Below, one piece after another: positions 1 to 9,908 of a stretch of 64,000 nucleotides of DNA (positions are counted from its first letter, which is position 1; the number at the start of each line of letters is the position of its first letter). A model generated the notes under the pieces. That model was not told where the DNA came from and searched no databases. It was given only the letters and a program-made list of their open reading frames with translations. Origin of the DNA: Candidatus Poribacteria bacterium. GTDB lineage: Bacteria; Poribacteria; WGA-4E; PCPOR2b. The stretch is from positions 2,912,001 to 2,976,000 of the forward strand of contig OZ242326.1 in assembly GCA_965208325.1 (NCBI GenBank), read 5' to 3'. Made by a program: the position numbers and the translations under genes.

Positions 1-12
1 TATGTGCAAGGC

Positions 13-198
13 TTAATCCTTCTCCTTCGCGTTAATAGTCAACCGGCGAAGGTACTCAATATTCATGTCGATACACTTCCGAATAAGCGAGCCAAACGAA
101 ACTCCGGTCGCGTTCTTGGCTTCTTTCAAGATAATTTCCTGCCGTTCCGTAAGGCGAATCATCACGTGGGATTGGGTGTCCTCTTTGTCGTTGTTCAT
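13..198 (-). CDS. small DNA-binding protein, ribbon-helix-helix/CopG-like
   Basis: 61 aa from ATG 198 after a purine-rich RBS; pattern HVMIRLTERQEIILKEAKNATGVSFGSLIRKCID fits beta-helix-helix. Confidence 0.5.
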   Translation of the reverse strand: MNNDKEDTQSHVMIRLTERQEIILKEAKNATGVSFGSLIRKCIDMNIEYLRRLTINAKEKD

Positions 199-392
199 GG
201 ACACGTTATAGTACCCCCTTTCTTTTAACCATGAGCGACAGGGAACGGATTGACACAAGAGAGTTGGGGCAATGAAAAGTGCTTTACCCGCGCCCCGTCA
301 TGCGTTGTTCGTCGGTAGAAAAACCGCACCCGGACCACGCTGACCGGGTTTGATAGACATACCACCTAAATTGCCGTGCTGCTATTAGTAGG

Positions 393-1565
393 TTATTCAA
401 AGAATTCCAATTGACCATCGGCGACAATCAATATTTTCGGCTCGTAAACCGCATCCCCGACGGCGTCAAAAGAGAACTTACCGAAGACAGTGTCGAAATC
501 CGCGATATTTGCCAATGCGTCACGAATTGCGGTTGCGTCAGTGGATTCGGCGTTGGCAACGGCTTCCGCCAGAACATGGAGCGTGGTGTAAGACCGCGCC
601 GCGGAATTACTCGGCTCCACGCCGAATTTGGCGCGATAGTTCTGGACAAAGGCAGCATTTCCCGGTGTGTCGGCTGTGCTTACCCACCCGACGAAAGTAA
701 TCGCCCCCTCGGCAGCCGCACCCGCTGCACGTACGTCAGCTATGGTCAAGGTTCGCATAACAAACGGCACCGAGTCGGGTATACCGAGTTGGCGCCGTTG
801 GGTCAGAATTCCCGGTTTTTCCGGCGATAAAGAGGAGACAAAGATAATATCGGGATTTGCGTCCCTTATCCGAGATAATTGTTCGCTAAAGTCGGTGTCG
901 CCGCCTTGAAACGTTGCTGTAACCAATACCTCGACGCCCTTCGCGGCAAGCGATTCCCTCACCGCCGCATCGCTATCCGTAGAGAAGACATCGCTTTCAT
1001 CGTACATCGTAGCGGCTTTTTGATAGCCGAGTTTTGCGTAAGTCGCCTCAATACCGCTTGGAATCAGCACGTCTGTGGTGAGAGAGACACGAAATGCATA
1101 ATCGCCAATCGCGCTGAGACCGCGTCCGGCGGATGTTGGGCTAAACGCCACCACCTGATTCTCTTGCGCAATCGGGAACACGACTTCTGCCTGACCCGAC
1201 GTGGCGGGACCGAGAATAACGGATATGCCATCCTGTTGAATCAGTTTATTGAATGCTTCAACCGCACCCTCAATGGTGCTTCGATCATCCTCTACGATAA
1301 ACTTGATGCTTCTCTCTCCGAGTTTTGAGTTGTTAATCTCTTCGAGAGCAAGTTCATAGCCGTTGACCGTGGGTTCCCCAAATGTAGAGGTAAGCCGTCC
1401 CGTAATGGGTAGCACAACACCGATGGGAATCTCTACACTCACATCTTCCATATCAGGCGGCGCGGGGAGGAGTAGTTGCCCAATCTGGTCACAAGCGGAA
1501 AGCCCAATTATGAAGAGGACTATCGCCGGTACAAACGAAAATGCTGTAATTCTTCCGATATACAT
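393..1565 (-). CDS. ABC transporter substrate-binding lipoprotein, branched-chain amino acid (LivK/LivJ-like) family
   Basis: lipobox LSAC; IGVVLPITG, DDRST, GPATSG, FQGGDTDFSEQL motifs; start moved to ATG 1565. Confidence 0.9.
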   Translation of the reverse strand: MYIGRITAFSFVPAIVLFIIGLSACDQIGQLLLPAPPDMEDVSVEIPIGVVLPITGRLTSTFGEPTVNGYELALEEINNSKLGERSIKFIVEDDRSTIEGAVEAFNKLIQQDGISVILGPATSGQAEVVFPIAQENQVVAFSPTSAGRGLSAIGDYAFRVSLTTDVLIPSGIEATYAKLGYQKAATMYDESDVFSTDSDAAVRESLAAKGVEVLVTATFQGGDTDFSEQLSRIRDANPDIIFVSSLSPEKPGILTQRRQLGIPDSVPFVMRTLTIADVRAAGAAAEGAITFVGWVSTADTPGNAAFVQNYRAKFGVEPSNSAARSYTTLHVLAEAVANAESTDATAIRDALANIADFDTVFGKFSFDAVGDAVYEPKILIVADGQLEFFE

Positions 1566-1766
1566 TTTGACATCCGTTGTTTTGAAATGAAAAATTTGGG
1601 CAGACGGGACACGAATTGACATAGGAGTTTCGTTTCCATGGGACAATTTATCCGCACCCCGCCATATTAAGTTTTGGCGGTGACAAACAGAACCAAGGAG
1701 ATTGTATTATCCACAGCACTTACAAACTATGAGCAACACAAAAACTGTTTGCCACCATACGAGAGA

Positions 1767-2351
1767 TTACTGCGATTCTGCCAACGCAATCACACCGCAG
1801 CCGATTCGCGCGCCGGCAGCCCCTGAGGGCTGGGACGTAAAGTCGTCGGCGCCGGCATGGACGATTATGCCTTTTCCGACAACGTCGCGGATGGAACCGG
1901 TACCGATTTCCCAAAGGTCTGTCGCCAATTCGATTTTGCCGGTGCCGTCCTCGCCAACCATTATATTGCCAATGTCTCCGAGATGAAATTCGCCCTCACC
2001 CCATTTGCCGTGGGAGGTGTTCGTCGGATTCCAGTGCCCGCCTGCCGATGTCCCGTCCGGTGCGCTGCAATCACCGTATTCGTGGATATGAACTGCGCGG
2101 AGCCCTGGTTCCGCGTTCTGAATCTCAATGGTCAGCGCGATTGTGTCTCCGATTTGTTCGAAAACCGCCGTACCGGTTACATTGCTTCCGCTTGTCGAAC
2201 CTATCGATGCGTGTGCCTGTTCTGACGGCGGCGGCGGCAAAAGGTCAGCCAAATCCTGTACCGCATCACAACTCAGAAAAGCAATCGAAACGGCAATCAC
2301 CAGTGACAGCATTAAGGCTTGTCTTCCAAACACGTTAACCCCTTTTTTCAT
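1767..2351 (-). CDS. sodC: Cu/Zn superoxide dismutase, lipoprotein
   Basis: AVHIHEYGDC, SAGGHWNP, HLGDIGN, IIVHAGADDFTSQPSGAAGARIGCGVI; lipobox FLSC. Confidence 0.93.
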   Translation of the reverse strand: MKKGVNVFGRQALMLSLVIAVSIAFLSCDAVQDLADLLPPPPSEQAHASIGSTSGSNVTGTAVFEQIGDTIALTIEIQNAEPGLRAVHIHEYGDCSAPDGTSAGGHWNPTNTSHGKWGEGEFHLGDIGNIMVGEDGTGKIELATDLWEIGTGSIRDVVGKGIIVHAGADDFTSQPSGAAGARIGCGVIALAESQ

Positions 2352-2655
2352 CGTTAACTCCTTTCGCTTTACTCCATCAAATGGTAGAAAACGTACCCGA
2401 GCTACGCCGCCCGGCTGCGCTCGATATACCACTAAACTCGGGACTATTCTTGCCCAAATAGGCGTCCTGTACGCCTATTCGGTTACTCGACGACTACCGG
2501 GGTTAACCCGGCTCTCGCCATAAGGTGGCGGGGAATTACTGCGATGGGAAAGGAAGGGTATTTCAGCCCCAATTAAAACCATCGCAGCCGCCCGTCATAA
2601 CGGGTTATCTGTTTACTTTGCCATTCACGATTTTCACAATCGCCTAAGCACCGCA

Positions 2656-2943
2656 TCAAGCTTTACCGCTGGAATTTGCTCTGTCCACTCGTTCAAATTC
2701 GCAACTAAGGCTATCCATAACAAGCGTAAGTACATGTCCGTCCTGCCAATGCGATAAGCAATTGACGAGCGTGTATAAAAAGTGTCTGGCATCTTCGGGT
2801 TTCGTTCCGACAGGCAATCGTATTTGACTAGTTCCAAGGTATAAATCTAATTTAAATAACCGAATCGACTTGATATTGTCCGCATTGATAAACCATATTT
2901 TGTCATCGTTGGCATTACAAGGGACAATGTAAATCCATCTCAT
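2656..2943 (-). CDS. hypothetical protein
   Basis: 95 aa, ATG with GAAGG RBS, bounded by two palindromic elements. Confidence 0.5.
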   Translation of the reverse strand: MRWIYIVPCNANDDKIWFINADNIKSIRLFKLDLYLGTSQIRLPVGTKPEDARHFLYTLVNCLSHWQDGHVLTLVMDSLSCEFERVDRANSSGKA

Positions 2944-3407
2944 GGGCTATTACCTTCGTTCGTAATAAGGCGGCGGGGACAGGAGCAGTGTTAGTTGTTC
3001 TATCGATTGGCTAGATTCCCCCACTCCCGTCATAAGCAAAACAGTTACGTTAAAAGGCGGCAGGCAACAGGGATAAGGAAGAATACGTTAGGCGATCGCA
3101 CATAACGCCTAATCATCAAAAAACCCTGCCGCCCGCCATAAAAACTTGACTTGCTTTCATTTTGCGTTTCACCGTCCGCGGCACAACCGGCGGTTGCGTC
3201 CGTATCCGCAAAATGTGCAAAGTCCCTTTCGCCCGCTGTGCGCGCCACTGAATAATTCAAGTGTATCCATGCCGAACTGCGGGCAATATGTTGGGACTTT
3301 TTTCAGACTGGGTATTTTTTAGTTTTTTTTTGTGTCTATATTCGTAACAAAACGCCTTTCGCGCCAGACATAAGAGCGTATTGGTTTAGATGTTCGTTAA
3401 AATCAAT

Positions 3408-3497
3408 CTAGAGGAGATGCTCTAGCATGAAAGTAACAACGCCAGCAAGTAATCCAATAATGAAAAAATAAAGGAGTAGAAAACCAAAATTGAACAT
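3408..3497 (-). CDS. 29-aa single-TM hydrophobic peptide
   Basis: GGAGG RBS then MFNFGFLLLYFFIIGLLAGVVTFMLEHLL. Confidence 0.45.
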   Translation of the reverse strand: MFNFGFLLLYFFIIGLLAGVVTFMLEHLL

Positions 3498-3845
3498 TGT
3501 TTCACCTCCATTTGCCGAAATAAGTGAGGGGGCAAGTGCGGGGGTGGTCGGTGTCCCGTTGATAAACATAGGAGCGCGCTTCACGTCATGAGTTGATACA
3601 TAGAGCATCGCAATCAGTGCCGCCCGCCAAACAACCGTGCCAAGCAATCAGTATGTGTTTCACCTAAGGCGGATTGATAGAAAGGGTGACGAGGGCGAGC
3701 GTTTGCGTTACACTCTGAAATCCATCGACAAATGAGTCCCCCGCCCCGTCTTAAGACCTCTGTCAGTATTGTTAATCCGACCGGTCTTGACGATCTCAGC
3801 GATACTTTATTCTCCGATTGAAGACAATGGTCTCTATCAGGAAAT

Positions 3846-4205
3846 CTATCCAACTTCCGCGTGGGCAGACCAAGTGCTAAATGATTCTCCTGATGCATCA
3901 AGCTTGATGTTCATCTTTTCACCCGGCGGCAAGGGCAAGTAGCTTGGCATAGTTGGGCCTAGTTCTGTGCCATTTGACAGATGGACTTCAACTCTAACGC
4001 GTTGCAGTGTACTGCTGGTGGTATTTTCTACCGTACCAACAAACGCCCTTGTTGCGGCATCGTAGTTGAGTATTAACCTTGCACCGCTTCGTACATCATC
4101 ATAAGTGTCGCCTTTGGCAAGCATTTGTAACGATTCTTCGTCCTCTACCGTGCCGCAAGCGAGGATAGCGATCAGCACCGTGAGTAAAACAATGTTGAAT
4201 TTCAT
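3846..4205 (-). CDS. hypothetical lipoprotein with an Ig-like beta domain
   Basis: lipobox ILAC; FVGTVENTT...VRVEVHL beta-strand pattern; AAGGA RBS. Confidence 0.7.
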   Translation of the reverse strand: MKFNIVLLTVLIAILACGTVEDEESLQMLAKGDTYDDVRSGARLILNYDAATRAFVGTVENTTSSTLQRVRVEVHLSNGTELGPTMPSYLPLPPGEKMNIKLDASGESFSTWSAHAEVG

Positions 4206-5227
4206 TTGATTGTCCTTTTTTGTAATTTAAGCATACAAATTCAACTGGGGCGGAAAGGTATTATGTAGCCTACCATTTAGCTATTGCATCATGCCCTAAA
4301 ACAGAAGCAACCGCCATAAGGTCAATTTAAATAAAATATAGGGAATTCCCTTCCCTCCTTCTATTCCTCGGCGAGAGGGAGCGGCAGGCATCACGGAGCC
4401 GTGATGTCGCCTCCTGCTGCGGGAAGGAAAATTGGATGCGTCAATCTCTTGGACCGGCCGGATCAGAGAAAGACGAATTGGCTCTCATAGTATGGCACAA
4501 ACCGTGCCAACGGTCGGACCAAGGAAGGGTTCAACTCTGTAGAGACGGATAAATCCAGTGGTAGTCTAGGTTCGATGGATATGCGAAGCAGCCGGGCGGG
4601 CAGTTAGCGTGACAGGGTGCAGGTTGAAAAAGTATCAAAATGAGACTGGAAAGGCGTGCAAAAATAGAGGAATTCGGCGGGGAATCCTGTAATGACGCGG
4701 GATGCGGGCGTTTATCTCAAAATAGGACTGAGTCTCATTTTGGGACAAATGTAAGAGGGTTTAAGGGCGGACTATTTCATTCAAAAAAAATATCGTTTTT
4801 TTGGCACAACTTTTTCAAGTTTTATTTATTTTCCGGTAATTTCTGAGTCATGTGCGGCGCGGTTAGGAAACTGAATCTACCGGAATGGGCCGCGCAGTTT
4901 ATACAACTTCAATTTCCGATAAAGTGTTGATTGACCAATCTTCAATGCTTACACCGTAATGGACTAGTATGACTGTCTAACATTGGGGGTAAGTTCAGTG
5001 CTGAAGCAGGGATTGAAACGCCGAACGGACAGCAGTCTCGCGTGTGGCACCGAGCCGATTGAACTGATTGAGCGCGGCGTAATAGTCTCTGACGGGTTTG
5101 TGGGCTGGTTTAAGATTAAGGTTTTCCATACGAGACATCGTCGAGATTTGAACCTTTATCTACAGCAGTTGAAAACGCACTGAATCGGATTCTTTAACTA
5201 GAGACAGCGGTTGAGACCGATTACAGA

Positions 5228-6007
5228 TTACCTGCGATAACTACTCAATCCCTTCAGAGCATTCGTGCTCTCCGATTCTGATTTTCGGCGTTCTTCTCTC
5301 AGCGCCGGCGCAGATTTGAGGAGCAGACTCGCGGCTTGCAAGCGAATTTTTTCGTCGTCGCTGTCGAGCAGCTTGTCCAATACAGAGATTGCTTTTTGTG
5401 CGCGGGCAGAGACGGCTGCGATTTGCGCTTCGAGATAGGAGTTGCGTGCGGCTTCCAGTTCGCGCTTAAAATCCGGGTCGTGATTTCGCCACCGGTTGAC
5501 TGTCTCTCGTGTTTTACCGATTGCTTCGCCGACTTCGGCATCGGGTTTGCCTTCAATAATGAGCGGTATCGCTTGTATCTGCTCCTCAGTCAAACCGTAG
5601 GGAGTTGCGCCGCTTTTCAGCTTGGTTGCGACCAAAACTTTCATCTCATCCAGCAACTCATTGAACTCGCTATCTTCTTCTTGCGCCCACTCTAAGATTG
5701 TGCCTTTTTTCAATCTAGTCGCGATTTCAGCATCGGCATAGGAGACGTTGCTGAAAACGAGCGCGGCGGCGTGTTTTTCTTTGGTTTCATACCCTCCGCC
5801 TAACACGTTCTGGGCAATCTCGGCGATGAACAGCGGCTGTGTTTCCCACTCGCGAATGACGGCGGGGGACACGCCGACAGCGGCAGCAAGCTCTTGTGTG
5901 TCTCTTGTATCCCAGAGCGTCGCCGCCCAAGCCTGTTCTTTGCTGAGTTTCATCATCGGTTTCACCGTTGGTGCGGCGGCAGGTTTTGATTTTTTATTGA
6001 CGTTCAT
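5228..6007 (-). CDS. helix-turn-helix protein with three tandem HTH repeats (phBC6A51/terminase-small-subunit-like)
   Basis: repeats LSKEQAWAA..AVGVSPAVIREW, KEKHAAA..TRLKKGTILEW, LTEEQIQAI..AIGKTRETVNRW; C-terminal LLDSDDEKIRLQAA. Confidence 0.7.
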   Translation of the reverse strand: MNVNKKSKPAAAPTVKPMMKLSKEQAWAATLWDTRDTQELAAAVGVSPAVIREWETQPLFIAEIAQNVLGGGYETKEKHAAALVFSNVSYADAEIATRLKKGTILEWAQEEDSEFNELLDEMKVLVATKLKSGATPYGLTEEQIQAIPLIIEGKPDAEVGEAIGKTRETVNRWRNHDPDFKRELEAARNSYLEAQIAAVSARAQKAISVLDKLLDSDDEKIRLQAASLLLKSAPALREERRKSESESTNALKGLSSYRR

Positions 6008-6079
6008 TTATATCGCTCCTTATTCGGAATGTTGTAAAATAATTCGTTTAGTTTACGGGTTGTCCAACCCGTAACGGGA

Positions 6080-6372
6080 TATCACAAACCCTCACACCAT
6101 GTCACATATTGTGAGGTAACCTGTGACATTTCGGCTTTCGGCTGCAATACCTTCAGAAATCCGCTTTACATGCGGGTTTCAAAGGTTTTTTGAATGCTCC
6201 GCATTCTCCGTTCTATGTCACAAAATATCACATATTGTGAGGTGTCTGTGATGTGGGAAATGGCTCGCGTAAGATTGGCGGAAAACCGCTTGACGTAAGG
6301 ATTCAACGCATATTTTATTTCCATGAGCCACCACTGTATGTCACAAAACCTCACACAATATCATACATATGG
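6080..6372. repeat. three clusters of phased TCACA/TGTGA motifs
   Basis: TCACATATTGTGAGGT at ~6102 and ~6228; TGTCACAAAA at ~6216 and ~6340. Confidence 0.6.
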
Positions 6373-6392
6373 CACACTGCCGATTTTTTGCC

Positions 6393-6457
6393 AAAAAAAA
6401 GGCGCACCATCTCCTTTGAAGGTGTAGGTCTCCCTCCACTAGAAAATGGTACGCCGT
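6393..6457 (-). ncRNA. putative ~65-nt small RNA or attenuator with intrinsic terminator
   Basis: GGCGTACCATTTTCT pairs with AGGAGATGGTGCGCC, followed by T8, immediately after a consensus promoter. Confidence 0.5.
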
Positions 6458-6463
6458 GATTAT

Positions 6464-6492
6464 ATTATATCAACACTAATTGATGTTGTCAA
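6464..6492 (-). promoter_or_regulatory. sigma70 promoter
   Basis: TTGACA-17nt-TATAAT exact consensus; spacer overlaps the imperfect palindrome CAACA-N8-TGTTG. Confidence 0.75.
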
Positions 6493-6541
6493 GTTTTTTT
6501 CTAAATTTATTACGTCGCGTCCGCCGGAATCGTTGCAGAAT

Positions 6542-8101
6542 ACTGTCTGAATCAGGATTTGCAGGATTGTAGGTTGGGTTGAGCGGTCTTCGCCGAATAA
6601 TGTACAATTTTACGTTCCTCTCCGGAAGCCTAACGACGTCCAGGATCCGATGCACGGAGCGTAACCCAACGCTTTTCGTATTTACTAAACGTTTCCAATA
6701 ACCCAAACGCTCCGCAATATCCAAATACTGTCTGAACTGTGATTTGTATGATTGAATGATGGGCTATGATTAAGAGAGCACATACTCATTAGGTGTTTGC
6801 GGCTCTTGTAGGTTGGGTAGAGCGGATTCACCCATAAACCGCCCATTTAAATCATCCACACTGTCAACCTAGCCACGCACAAAATCCTATGAATCGAGCG
6901 AAACCCAACGCTTTTGAAACCTCTGGCATTTCAATCGACTCCCAAACACCATCACCGCCCCTAATTCCAAACTAAACTCACTCGGTCAATCCTACAATAA
7001 CTGTCTGAACTGTGATTTGTGTGATTGAATGATGGGCTATGATTTAAAGAACTCATCTCTCTGCAGGAGCAATATCCGAATCGAGACACACTACCTGTGG
7101 GAGCGGCTTCCAGCCGCGATTTAGTAGCAGGCACACCCCGGTCTGAAAAGTTTTTTTAGGTTGGGTTGAACGGTTTTCACCAAATGATGTACAATTTTAC
7201 GTTGTGCTTTGGAAGGCTAACGTCATACAAAATCCTATGCGCGGAGAACCCGAAGACCGCAGAGGGAAAGACTATCGCCAGCGCTATTCGCTCAATTGAT
7301 CGTTGGGTTCGCTGCATCTTAACAAATTTCAAACACCTTCAAATACCAATATCCAGCCTACCTTTTCCAGACTTTCATTTAACCCGCTTAACCCAACCTA
7401 CAAAAAAACAGGAACCCTCATGGCGTCGAGCAACGAATATCAACAGCTCGAAATTCAAACCCACAAATTTCAGCCAAAATTACAGTTTTTACAGTCCATA
7501 AAAAAAGGGTGAAAATTTTGCGGTTTGTGTTATCCGAAAAAATTAAAAACGCTTCTGTTAGATTAGGTTGACGAGAGGTAGATTTGGGATATTTGATTTG
7601 CTTATTTTGTGAGTATTTGGGATATGCTAAAATTAGCGGAAATGGGCACAACGGTAGGCAGGGAGCGGGTTTGGAGCGTAGAACATTATTGAGTAATAAA
7701 AAAAATAAGTTGAGAATGCTCATTTTTAAACCCGCGGACGGGATAATCAATTCAATCATCATAGATTGCTCCTTACAACGTGCATCATTGGGGCCGATTC
7801 TTCTTCCGTTATTCCGTTTGGGAGCCTTTCGACGCATTCGAAGGTTGGGTTGAGCGAATTTCACCAAAAAATGTAAAATTTCGCTTTGCGCTCTAGAAGC
7901 CTAACGACTTTCAAAATTCGATTCGCAGAGCGCAACCCAACGCATTTTGTAATTCCGCACAGTCCACGATGACCTGAACGCCTTGCGATTAACGAAAAGC
8001 GTTGGGTTCGCTACACCTTAACTAATACCAAACAACTTCATTTTACCAAATTCCATTCAACATCTTACGCTCTTGAATTTACGCCGCTTAACCCAACCTA
8101 C
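6542..8101. repeat. cluster of REP/MITE-like repeats
   Basis: GTAGGTTGGGTTGAGCG..~70nt..CG(A/T/C)AACCCAAC at 6569-6672, 6808-6912, 7157-, 7842-7943; inverted copies 7301-7400, 7999-8101; second family ACTGTCTGAACTGTGATTTGT..GGGCTATGATT at 6727 and 7001. Confidence 0.85.
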
Positions 8102-8195
8102 AAAAGCTTCAAACAGAATTGTAATTGTGGCGGTTATGGTAATGGTTCGCTTGGTTGGCTTCTTTCTTGTAAGCCATCTCTTATAGAAGTACCTG

Positions 8196-8594
8196 TTACT
8201 CATGACGAACAATGTCAAAATTTATAGCGTCACCGTTTTTAAGCCATCTCTCATAAAGGTACTTGGAAGTTGGGTGCATTGGGTCGAAATCTGATACGGA
8301 AAGGAACCCGTCACGATACCATGCTTTTTCTTTTGTGCGTGGACGGAAAAACTTAGAATAGAATCGCGAATGCAAACTTGAATCCCAGTCTCGGTCTACT
8401 TCTTCGATAAAAACGCCATGCTTCTTCATCAAGCGTTTGCGCTGTTTTTGAAACCAGCGCATCGCACGCTGTTTTGCCTCTTCATCATTTCGGCATCGCA
8501 CAAAATTCTGGGACCAACACTGTTTGTCCCCAAGTGGTACGTAGAAGTAGTCGAAGTTATATGAGACGTAATAAACTCTCTTATTTTTCCGCAA
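8196..8594 (-). CDS. hypothetical protein
   Basis: 132 aa, overlaps the upstream ORF end; N-terminus YYVSYNFDY resembles YYISFKYVNY of the neighbouring ORF. Confidence 0.55.
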   Translation of the reverse strand: MRKNKRVYYVSYNFDYFYVPLGDKQCWSQNFVRCRNDEEAKQRAMRWFQKQRKRLMKKHGVFIEEVDRDWDSSLHSRFYSKFFRPRTKEKAWYRDGFLSVSDFDPMHPTSKYLYERWLKNGDAINFDIVRHE

Positions 8595-8826
8595 GGATAT
8601 CCTTAAGTTCCTTAATCGTACGTTCTAATATACGCGCGATTTCGGGGCCATCTCCTGTTTCTGACAAAAAATTATTGTTGAAATAACGATCTATATATTT
8701 CAACAATCTTCTTAATTCTTCTCTTGCTTCCAGTATTCTTGAACGTGTTTCTTCTCGCATCTGGGGTGTCCTTTCTAGAGTTGGGTAATTAACATATTTG
8801 AAACTGATGTAGTAGTTTCGAGTCAT
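8581..8826 (-). CDS. hypothetical protein
   Basis: 81 aa, ATG just after a dif-like site. Confidence 0.5.
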   Translation of the reverse strand: MTRNYYISFKYVNYPTLERTPQMREETRSRILEAREELRRLLKYIDRYFNNNFLSETGDGPEIARILERTIKELKDILAEK

Positions 8827-8840
8827 AGACTGGATCTAGG

Positions 8841-8868
8841 ATGTCCGATAATGCCGCTTATCGGACGT
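8841..8868. other. dif-like tyrosine-recombinase site
   Basis: ATGTCCGATAA-TGCCGC-TTATCGGACGT (11-6-11). Confidence 0.55.
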
Positions 8869-9136
8869 TTACACACCGCCAAAATAAAATGTTAGCAACT
8901 CATATAGATACACGCTCTTCATCTCTTGTAAGCAGATCTATCAGTATTTCCGCCGTATTTCATCGCATACACAAACATATTCACCATAAACTGTTGCACG
9001 TCCGCAGAACGGCGCATCCGCAGCATCGTTCGGCTGGGGATTTCCGCCGCCCCCGTCGCGCATATTCCACTATCTGAAACTCGGGCATCGGTGGATCGTT
9101 GTGTGCCTAAAACAAAACGAGACATATACGAAGAAT

Positions 9137-9442
9137 TCAAGGAGATTCTAGATTTAGATAGGATTCCCAATAAGCACGATCACGCGCTTTCACATCAGGA
9201 GGAGACTCTTTCGCAACACCTCCAGACGCTAGAATTCGACCTAATTCATCCATGATAAGAAGTGAAGTCGCAGGTTTACCGGATTTATCAAATAGATAAA
9301 TCGCCGGGCCAAAATCATCGGTACTCCCCATTATCACTATTTCGGGTGTTAGCGTGCCTTTTTTGAATAGTGTTATTCTTGGCTCGCTATGATCGCCGCC
9401 TGAATCTAGCATGATTCGAGGCTTGCCGTTAGAATCTGACAT
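9137..9442 (-). CDS. hypothetical beta-rich protein (start uncertain, possibly a 5' frameshift)
   Basis: repeated DxxGKP/hydrophobic beta motifs, similar in style to 59827-60225; an ATG with RBS at 9492 is out of frame. Confidence 0.45.
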   Translation of the reverse strand: MSDSNGKPRIMLDSGGDHSEPRITLFKKGTLTPEIVIMGSTDDFGPAIYLFDKSGKPATSLLIMDELGRILASGGVAKESPPDVKARDRAYWESYLNLESP

Positions 9443-9541
9443 CGTTAATGCGCGACATTCATTATTCTCAAAATTTTTCTTTCCAATAACATAAGAAATC
9501 TCCTTTTTGAGGTTTTTGAGGAGGTGACAGCCTCCCCCTTT

Positions 9542-9883
9542 TTATTTCTGCCGTATTTTACCGCGCCATTTAGGAATATCTGGGATGCTGGACGGATCCA
9601 CATAAAAGGGTTCTGTTTTCAGCTTTTTCGGGCGTTTGATAACAGGCGTTCTGTGGGTAATATCGATAAATCGCCCGTCTTTACCGACGTATTTGATGGT
9701 ACGAAAATCTTGGTTTGCTTTCTTTGTTTCTTCTGCCATATGCTCAATCAACCAGGCCCTTTCCCTATACAAAGTAATGGCGGTAAAGGGATGCTGGTTG
9801 GTATAGGACATGGCATCTAAGAACCAAAAGCAAAATCCAACAAATGCGAGCGCGATTATCGGGGGAATCAAGTTTCGGTTCAT
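9542..9883 (-). CDS. hypothetical protein with N-terminal TM/signal segment
   Basis: AGGAGG RBS; hydrophobic N-terminus. Confidence 0.6.
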   Translation of the reverse strand: MNRNLIPPIIALAFVGFCFWFLDAMSYTNQHPFTAITLYRERAWLIEHMAEETKKANQDFRTIKYVGKDGRFIDITHRTPVIKRPKKLKTEPFYVDPSSIPDIPKWRGKIRQK

Positions 9884-9908
9884 TTTGTTTCCCTCCTTTT
9901 TTTGCCAA

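Larger units (their letters stand above)
226..4319. repeat. series of ~8 long imperfect palindromic intergenic elements (left arm TAAGG(C/T)GGCGG, right arm CCCG(T/C)CATAA)
   Basis: clearest at 2521-2600, 2966-3035, 3051-3141, 3665-3754; weaker at ~228-301, ~1597-1666, 3521-3591, 4246-4319. Confidence 0.55.

Noticed and set aside
226..4319. Canonical integron attC sites
   Set aside because: No RYYYAAC/GTTRRRY ends and no intI seen; reported instead as a non-canonical element
6476..7867. ORFs 6476-6724, 7166-7501, 7303-7512, 7418-7867
   Set aside because: They overlap non-coding repeats and have no recognisable protein features
6542..8101. CRISPR array
   Set aside because: Repeats are long, degenerate, in both orientations and irregularly spaced; no cas genes in the window
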